A stretch of DNA of 64,000 bases from an uncultured Thermodesulfobacteriaceae bacterium (GTDB lineage: Bacteria; Desulfobacterota; Dissulfuribacteria; Dissulfuribacterales; UBA3076): positions 4,912 to 68,911 of the forward strand of contig CAZYEJ010000001.1 of NCBI GenBank assembly GCA_964646435.1, given 5' to 3'. The notes beneath the pieces are model-generated. The model searched no databases and was not told the DNA's origin. It was given only the letters and a program-made list of their open reading frames with translations. The stretch's first letter is position 1; each line of letters begins with the position of its first letter. Positions 57,755-64,000 of the stretch are shown here, piece by piece. The translations under genes were made by a program, and so were the position numbers.

Positions 57755-58333
57755 TTAAGACAGCAGACCTTCAGACTTCTCACCGAAGATCTCAGCACTG
57801 AAGATATTGATCTGTGTTTTTGGATCTTTCCAGCAGCCAGAGGCCAGACCTGCCTTCATACAGGTCTGATCCAGAAAAGTAAGCCTGTCCCACCCATTTT
57901 TTGTAGCTACCTGAGGCAACAGCACACCGCGAAAGGGTTCCTGAATGATATATATCCCGTGGGTACCTATCTTGATTTTATTTATATCAGTTATCGGCAT
58001 CAGGGGAATGAGTGCGGATATCTCCAAATCTATCTCCTTAAATTCAGAGGAATGGAGTGGACGAAATCTTAGATCTTTAAAACCTGCTGATATGGCCATG
58101 TCACCAACTACTTCGTACAGGGGTCTGTTTGCTGAAAAGGTCCCGATACATCCCCTGAGCTGGCCATGTTTGTGAATTGTTACAAATGCCCCCCTGTGTT
58201 CGAGGAGATTTGGATTTGTCACCCCGGGAAGACTGAAAGGAAGGCCTGCCAGTTCTGTCTCTATGGCCTGTCTTGCCATTTTGAGTAACAATCGTCTTTC
58301 AGGGTCGGTGAGCTTCCCCTTTTCCATGCTCAC
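57755..58333 (-). CDS. AMMECR1-domain protein (AmmeMemoRadiSam system protein A)
   Basis: LRGCIGT motif and overall AMMECR1 pattern. Confidence 0.85.
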   Translation of the reverse strand: MSMEKGKLTDPERRLLLKMARQAIETELAGLPFSLPGVTNPNLLEHRGAFVTIHKHGQLRGCIGTFSANRPLYEVVGDMAISAGFKDLRFRPLHSSEFKEIDLEISALIPLMPITDINKIKIGTHGIYIIQEPFRGVLLPQVATKNGWDRLTFLDQTCMKAGLASGCWKDPKTQINIFSAEIFGEKSEGLLS

Positions 58334-59616
58334 AGTCTCCAGTACCTGATAGTCTTTTCCTTAAAATCATCAGGGTGATAAAAATCCTTTACGTCTATTA
58401 CCACGCCCCTGTCAGGAGTGAGCATGTCTTTTATTACTGAAACCCCAGCTTCCACATATGTTTTGTGGGCTACTGCAAGTATGACCGCATCAACATTGGC
58501 AGGCAGGTCCTTCAGTAAACGAATGCCATACACGGATTTGGCCTCTTGCGGATCGGCCATGGGATCATGTACCAGGGGTTCAATGCCATACTCCCTGAAT
58601 TCGTGAATGATATCTATCACTCTGGTATTTCTTATATCAGAACAATTTTCCTTGAATGTAAGCCCGAGTATAACGACCCGGGCCCCTTCCACCCGCACCC
58701 TGGCATGGATGAGTTCCTTGACCGTCCTCTGCGCAACATATGAGCCCATTGAATCGTTGATGCGGCGCCCAGCCAGAATGACTTCGGGATGGTATCCTGT
58801 TTGCTGGGCACAATAAGTGAGGTAGTAGGGATCAACTCCAATGCAATGGCCGCCTACCAGACCAGGTGTAAAGGAGAGGAAGTTCCATTTCGTGCAAGCG
58901 GCCTCCAGCACTGATTGTGTATCAATATCAAGGCGATTGAAAATAATGGCCAGTTCGTTCATAAGGGCAATGTTGAGATCCCGCTGTGTATTTTCTATGA
59001 CCTTGGCTGCTTCAGCCACTTTTATGCTCTCCGCCCTGTATACCCCCGCGTCCACTATAAGTTCATAAGTGCTTGCCACTTCTTCCAGTGTATCCTGATC
59101 TTGAGCTGCCACAACTTTTACTATATTGGCCAGAGAGTGTTCCCTGTCTCCGGGATTTATCCGTTCAGGAGAGTAGCCAACCTTGAATCCCTCACCACAC
59201 TTGAGTCCGGAGACCTTTTCAAGGATATGACCACATGTATCCTCAGTCACACCTGGATATACTGTTGACTCGTATACTACAATAGTTCCATGCTTCATGT
59301 TTTTCCCGACTATTTCCGAAGCAGAAACAAGGTGCCTGAGGTCAGGCTGCTTGTTGGCGGTAATCGGAGTAGGTACAGCTACAACGACCATGTCTGTCTC
59401 TTTTATGGCGGCAGGATCGTTTGTAAAGCTGAGATGCACCGCCTGCTCGAAGTCTTCGCGGTCAACTTCTGCAGTAGGATCAATGGCTTTTCTGTAACTA
59501 ATTATTTTGTCTTCGGATATGTCAAAGCCGATGGTTTTTATTTTCTTGCCAAAGGCTATTGCCAGAGGGAGTCCAACGTAACCCAATCCTGCTATTGCTA
59601 CTGAATTTGCCGCCAT
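58330..59616 (-). CDS. Nucleotide-sugar 6-dehydrogenase (UDP-GlcNAc/GalNAc dehydrogenase, TviB/WbpO-like)
   Basis: N-terminal Rossmann motif IAGLGYVGLPLAIAF, and a catalytic Cys context GGHCIGVDPYYL. Confidence 0.88.
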   Translation of the reverse strand: MAANSVAIAGLGYVGLPLAIAFGKKIKTIGFDISEDKIISYRKAIDPTAEVDREDFEQAVHLSFTNDPAAIKETDMVVVAVPTPITANKQPDLRHLVSASEIVGKNMKHGTIVVYESTVYPGVTEDTCGHILEKVSGLKCGEGFKVGYSPERINPGDREHSLANIVKVVAAQDQDTLEEVASTYELIVDAGVYRAESIKVAEAAKVIENTQRDLNIALMNELAIIFNRLDIDTQSVLEAACTKWNFLSFTPGLVGGHCIGVDPYYLTYCAQQTGYHPEVILAGRRINDSMGSYVAQRTVKELIHARVRVEGARVVILGLTFKENCSDIRNTRVIDIIHEFREYGIEPLVHDPMADPQEAKSVYGIRLLKDLPANVDAVILAVAHKTYVEAGVSVIKDMLTPDRGVVIDVKDFYHPDDFKEKTIRYWRL

Positions 59617-59719
59617 GTTATAAATACTCCTTATTAAGGATTTAATATATATCGAGCAGAATGTTATAAATGTTAAATAAAAATGATATCAGAAAGACTA
59701 TGGCCTTGGCAAGTAAGTC

Positions 59720-60988
59720 GTGTCAATTTACTCAAGTTTCCAGCAGGAATGGAGAATAATCGCGGATCTTGAAAAAATATTCAGCCTGTTAAAAAGTAAT
59801 TTTTTTCTGGAAAAATCGGTCCTTATTTTAGGCCTTCTGTTGGTGTGTTTCGTAAGTTACTACGCTACCAGAAGATATCTAATTCAGGGGCTATATTATA
59901 TCTTTCGCCGGACAGAATATAAATGGGATGATATCCTTATTGAAAAAGGCATATTTAACCACCTGGCCTACCTGGCCCCTGCCATTGTGCTCTATTACGG
60001 CGTGGATCTTTTCCCCTCCATTACTGAGCCTGCAAAGAGAATTATCGGCGCGTATGTCTTTCTCAATATTATTTTGTGGTTTGGTAAATTATTGACTGCC
60101 GGGGAGGCCATATACAATACATATTCCATATCAAAAAAATATGCAATTAAGGGATCTGTTCAGATATTAAAGATAGTTCTTTATATATTAGGTCTAATAA
60201 TAGCAATTAGTCTGCTTATAGATAAGTCCCCATGGGTACTTCTGAGTGGAATAGGTGCTATCACCGCTGTACTTCTCTTTATATTTAAAGATACCATATT
60301 ATCATTTATGGCAAGCATGCAAATATTAATGGATGATATGGTCAGGGTTGGTGACTGGATAGAGATGCCCAAGTATGGAGCCGATGGTTCTGTCGTAGAT
60401 ATGGCGCTTCATACAGTAAAGGTTCAGAACTGGGATAATACAATAACTACTATTCCGACCTACAAGTTGATAGAAGATTCCTTTAAGAACTGGCGTGGTA
60501 TGAGTGACTAAGGAGGCAGGCGCATTAAGCGTTCTATTTTAATAGACCAGTCCAGTATTCGATTTTGCGATGATACGATGATTGAGAAATTTGAAAAGAT
60601 ACAGATATTGAATGAATACGTCAGACGTAAAAAAGCAGAACTGGATGCGTACAATAAGAAGCATGGTATAGACACCAGCCAGGTCGTAAATGGCAGGAGG
60701 ATGACTAATGTGGGAAGCTTCAGGGCCTATGTGATAGCATATCTCCGCAACCACCCGAAGATTCGACAAGACCTGACCTTTCTGGTGCGTCAACTGGCCC
60801 CTACATCTGAGGGTCTGCCTCTTGAGATTTACGTATTTTCGAACGATATTGTCTGGGCGAACTATGAGGCAATCCAGGCGGATATTTTCGACCACATACT
60901 GGCCGTGGTGCCGGAATTTGGCCTCAGGGTCTTCCAAAAACCGTCAGGATACGACCTTGGTAGGATATCCGGGTTAGGCATACAATGA
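59720..60988 (+). pseudogene. MscS-family (YbdG-like) mechanosensitive channel interrupted by one in-frame TAA
   Basis: The TM/pore half (59720-60511) and the cytoplasmic half (60578-60988) are in the same frame. The 66 nt between them read GGRRIKRSILIDQSSIRFCDDT with no further stop. The TAA is at 60509-60511. Confidence 0.75.
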
Positions 60989-61189
60989 CATATGATATAG
61001 AGAAAAGACAAAGATCTGGAAATTTCACAGATGTTTAGGGGTCAAGACCTAACAATTCAATATTTGAGCCGTTTATCACACAAGGTCGATTTTTTTTAAT
61101 TTTTGATTGACTGGCTGTAATCAGGATTTATTGTTTTAATAATAACTATCTTTTTAAAATACACCAATTACGGAGAGGAGAAAAGACCT

Positions 61190-61531
61190 ATGATCCCTGT
61201 TATTTGTCGTCTTGAAGACTTGATTCAGATGGCCCAAGAAGGAAAGAAGGTAGAGGGAGATGTTGTCCTCCACAAGATACCTATCAGTCTAAAGATACAT
61301 CCGGAGGCAGGAATAACCGAAGACCAGGAGGCTTTCTTGCTCAATGCTGCATATCGTTTTCATGCAGAAGGCATGACTTATTCAGTCAGCAAAAATTATG
61401 TCACGGTCTTACCCACCGCGTCCGTGGATGTTGCCCACAGCAATCGTGCCATCGCAAATGACCGTCTCAAGGCAGACTATAAACGCTTAAGTACTGCGGG
61501 CATATCAGTGGGAAAAAAATATTTCGAGTAG
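61190..61531 (+). CDS. Hypothetical protein (113 aa)
   Basis: ORF with RBS ggagaggag upstream. No motif recognised. Confidence 0.5.
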   Translation: MIPVICRLEDLIQMAQEGKKVEGDVVLHKIPISLKIHPEAGITEDQEAFLLNAAYRFHAEGMTYSVSKNYVTVLPTASVDVAHSNRAIANDRLKADYKRLSTAGISVGKKYFE

Positions 61532-61996
61532 TCACACAGAGCCTGGAAGCCATCTGCCTGCTCCTGTATATGGTAACAGCCATAGCGCTTTCGAGTAATG
61601 TAAGACTCTGGCCAAGGAGTTGGTTTTTTCAATCCATTAACCTTGCTCTGAGCTCCCTAAAACACAGAGGACATGCCGGAATCCTCCGGCACGTCCCTTA
61701 TCAGACCTTTCTGGAGCCTAAATCCTAAATCGCCCAAAAGTGATCTCCCCTCAACCTCTGGAAAAATGTCTTTTAGCAGAAACTCTCTCATGGTTTGATT
61801 TCCATTATAAAATACTTGCAGTACATTGCAGTCGGAAAACGAGTTATTAGTATTATTAAAAGCAATTCATCCATATTACGAGTATGATTCATGAATCTTA
61901 CTAACTGGATCTGCTCCGGGTATTATTTCTGACAGGGACTCCTGTTGCCGTTTAGGGCAGCAAAAGCCATAATTTGCTAATATAAGGAGGATAAAA

Positions 61997-62515
61997 ATGG
62001 ACCGTCACATTGAAGCCTTTAATATAACGTTGCTGCCAGAGTGGGAGGAAAAAATTGACGAGGAAATCGACAAAATACAGAAGCACCATCCCGGCATTGT
62101 GCATCACCTTCACATATCCTTAATCGGGACTAAACACCATCGCCTTGGCCTTTTTGAGGTACATATGGTAGCTTCAGTGCCAAAAGACACGCTTGCAATC
62201 AAGCACAAGGGCGAAAAGGTAAGACCACTGATCGTTTCGTGTTTTGATGTCCTGGACCGTCAACTCAGAGAGTACAATCGCGAGCGACAAGGAATGGTAA
62301 AATACCATGAAGGCCACCCTGTTGGTATTGTTAGAGAGATCCTGTCTGACGAAGGCTACGGCATTATCGAAAACCCGGATGGCGAAGATATTTACTTTCA
62401 TCGTAATGCTGTCAAGGATATGGCATTTGATGATCTCGCCGAGGGTGATTCAGTGATGTATGCAGAAGAAAAGGGAGAGAAGGGTCTCCAGGCCATCTGG
62501 GTACGGCGTTCTTAA
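61997..62515 (+). CDS. HPF/RaiA-like ribosome-associated domain fused to a cold-shock (CSD/S1-like) domain
   Basis: The N-terminal 100 aa follow the S30EA/HPF pattern (IEAFNITL...IDKIQKH...VHMVASVP...VLDRQLREY). The C-terminus GIVREILSDEGYGIIENPDGEDIYFH...GDSV is CSD-like. Strong RBS aaggagg. Confidence 0.6.
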   Translation: MDRHIEAFNITLLPEWEEKIDEEIDKIQKHHPGIVHHLHISLIGTKHHRLGLFEVHMVASVPKDTLAIKHKGEKVRPLIVSCFDVLDRQLREYNRERQGMVKYHEGHPVGIVREILSDEGYGIIENPDGEDIYFHRNAVKDMAFDDLAEGDSVMYAEEKGEKGLQAIWVRRS

Positions 62516-62585
62516 AGAAGAGCTTTTCAAGTGAATTAGGCAAAAAAAGCAAAATTATAGATAAAGGCAAAAAAGTTGTTAAACT

Positions 62586-63374
62586 ATGGAAAAGACTCAC
62601 TACCATTTTTCAAAAATTGCGCACGAATACGAAGAGTTAAGAACTACGGATATTGAATCAATCTTATTCATAAAAAATAAACTGAGAAATTTAACGAAAA
62701 TTATAGGAGCAGATATTGGTTGTGGAGGAGGAAGATATGATATAGAATTATTTAATCATATCGGCAAAGGTCTCTATCTCATTTGCATTGATTATAACGA
62801 AAATATGTTGAGAAGGCTTGATAAGAATTTAAAGGAACATAATATAAAAGAGTTCAATGCTGTAAGAACATCGGCAATGGCTTTACCATTAGCTGCCAAC
62901 CATTTTGATGTTTTAGTCACCTTTAATGCTGTACATCATTTCAACCTTTTAGATTTTCTAAAGGAATCATCCAGAGTTCTAATAAATAAAGGCCGGTTAT
63001 TTATTTACACCAGATTACGAAGCCAGAATCAAAGGAATATTTGGGGGAAATTTTTCCCTAAATTTCATGAAAAAGAGAAACGTCTCTTTGAAATAAATAA
63101 ATTAGAAGAAACATTAAAAAAGATACCTGATCTAATTTTAGTATCTATTGAATACTTCACTTATAAGCGAAAAACTAATTTAGAATGGCTAGTTACACAA
63201 GCCAGAAAGCATCATTATTCTACATTTGGTCTGTATTCTAGAAAAGAATTTGAAGAATCTTTAAATAAATTTAAGATAACTATTATGAATCATTTCAAAA
63301 ATCCAGACAAAATCATCTGGAATGATGAGAATATAATGTTCAATATAAAAAAGGTGAAAGCTACGCGCGGTTGA
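62586..63374 (+). CDS. Class I SAM-dependent methyltransferase (visibly AT-rich gene)
   Basis: Motif I GADIGCGGGRY; post-I and motif II spacing (FDVLVTFNAVHH). Confidence 0.78.
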   Translation: MEKTHYHFSKIAHEYEELRTTDIESILFIKNKLRNLTKIIGADIGCGGGRYDIELFNHIGKGLYLICIDYNENMLRRLDKNLKEHNIKEFNAVRTSAMALPLAANHFDVLVTFNAVHHFNLLDFLKESSRVLINKGRLFIYTRLRSQNQRNIWGKFFPKFHEKEKRLFEINKLEETLKKIPDLILVSIEYFTYKRKTNLEWLVTQARKHHYSTFGLYSRKEFEESLNKFKITIMNHFKNPDKIIWNDENIMFNIKKVKATRG

Positions 63375-64000
63375 GTATCAATGCTGCTTCAGCTATATTT
63401 ATCAGTTTCTTTTTGGCCGACGATAACGAAAGCTGAAGCATTCCACAGTCAGGCGACAGGATAAGCTGATCCTTTTTAAGATACTTCAGGGCCTCCTTGC
63501 CTCTTTCCACAATCTGCTCCACAGTCTCGACTTCGTCAGATCCAACATCCACAACCCCCAGCATTACAGTCTTTTTCCCAGCAGCAGGCAGCATGGAGAG
63601 ATCCAGATTGCTCTTCTGTCCCTCTATGGATAATACGTCTATTGTGGAATCTCTAAGCCAGTCCAGAATATGACTGTAATATTCCGTTTTTGCCTTGTAA
63701 TCGATTTCTCTTTTCTCCAAAGACTTGTGTGGGTATCCACGGCATATATGGACTATATAAAGGGCATCATTCTCATGACCGCTGAAGCACAACTGGAGCG
63801 CCTTAAGCCCCCATTTTCCGGCATTATCAAGATTTCTTAGAAGCACAGGGTCGTCAAACTGGATTACCTGGCAACCAGATCCAATAAGGTTTTCAACCTC
63901 ATGTCGAATGGCCCCTGCATAATCCATTGCCATCTTCTCAATATCCCCTTTGTAATATTCATCATAGAGACAGTCGATAGCAGTCGATGGACCAGGAAAA
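63361..64000 (-). CDS. Cobalamin-independent methionine synthase (MetE C-terminal / URO-D_CIMS-like) family protein; the N-terminus lies beyond the window end
   Basis: VIQFDDP, HICRGY and SPDCGM motifs. The frame stays open from 63933 to the window edge. Confidence 0.75.
   Translation of the reverse strand, partial: FPGPSTAIDCLYDEYYKGDIEKMAMDYAGAIRHEVENLIGSGCQVIQFDDPVLLRNLDNAGKWGLKALQLCFSGHENDALYIVHICRGYPHKSLEKREIDYKAKTEYYSHILDWLRDSTIDVLSIEGQKSNLDLSMLPAAGKKTVMLGVVDVGSDEVETVEQIVERGKEALKYLKKDQLILSPDCGMLQLSLSSAKKKLINIAEAALILNRA

Overview
This is a mid-GC bacterial chromosomal window. The gene content (CcsA-type cytochrome c biogenesis, FmdE, GH57 glucan enzyme, AMMECR1, MTA deaminase) suggests an anaerobe, possibly Desulfobacterota-like; that assignment is a guess. 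About 60 genes can be supported. Two accessory defence islands stand out. (A) 1-11020, all on the minus strand and tightly coupled: an Xis-like HTH, a DUF499-type ATPase, a small DUF3780-like protein, a DUF1156-type DNA methyltransferase, DarT, DarG, and a PLD(HKD)-SNF2 helicase that runs off the window start. This is the computationally predicted and, to my knowledge, still uncharacterised 'DUF499/DUF1156/helicase' (Hma-like) architecture, here with a complete DarTG cassette spliced into the operon. I consider it the most interesting system in the window. Between it and a tRNA-Val lie HUH/Y1-transposase debris, repeat copies on both sides of an S9 peptidase gene, and decayed toxin-antitoxin fragments. 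(B) 26.9-35.8 kb: a Type I R-M locus ordered hsdR-hsdS-(AlbA_2/HATPase-like gene)-hsdM, followed by an MNT/HEPN pair. The same palindromic REP unit sits at both ends of this island, and a Y1-transposase C-terminal remnant lies next to the right-hand copy. The island separates a MacA-like adaptor gene from its likely ABC ATPase and permease partners. The rest is housekeeping: pcm, mtaD, a PNP, ccsA-like, prfC, tRNA-Phe and tRNA-Arg, cbiL, rluA-family, yggT/divIVA, dusB, a trpB-like gene, a sugar dehydrogenase and others. The window is also unusually rich in intergenic palindromic or MITE-like repeat families. One of these supplies the C-terminus and stop codon of a gene, and another overlaps a start codon. 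One MscS-type gene is interrupted by an in-frame TAA. I saw no rRNA, CRISPR array, integrase or prophage genes. All family names come from reading motifs by eye, because no searches could be run.
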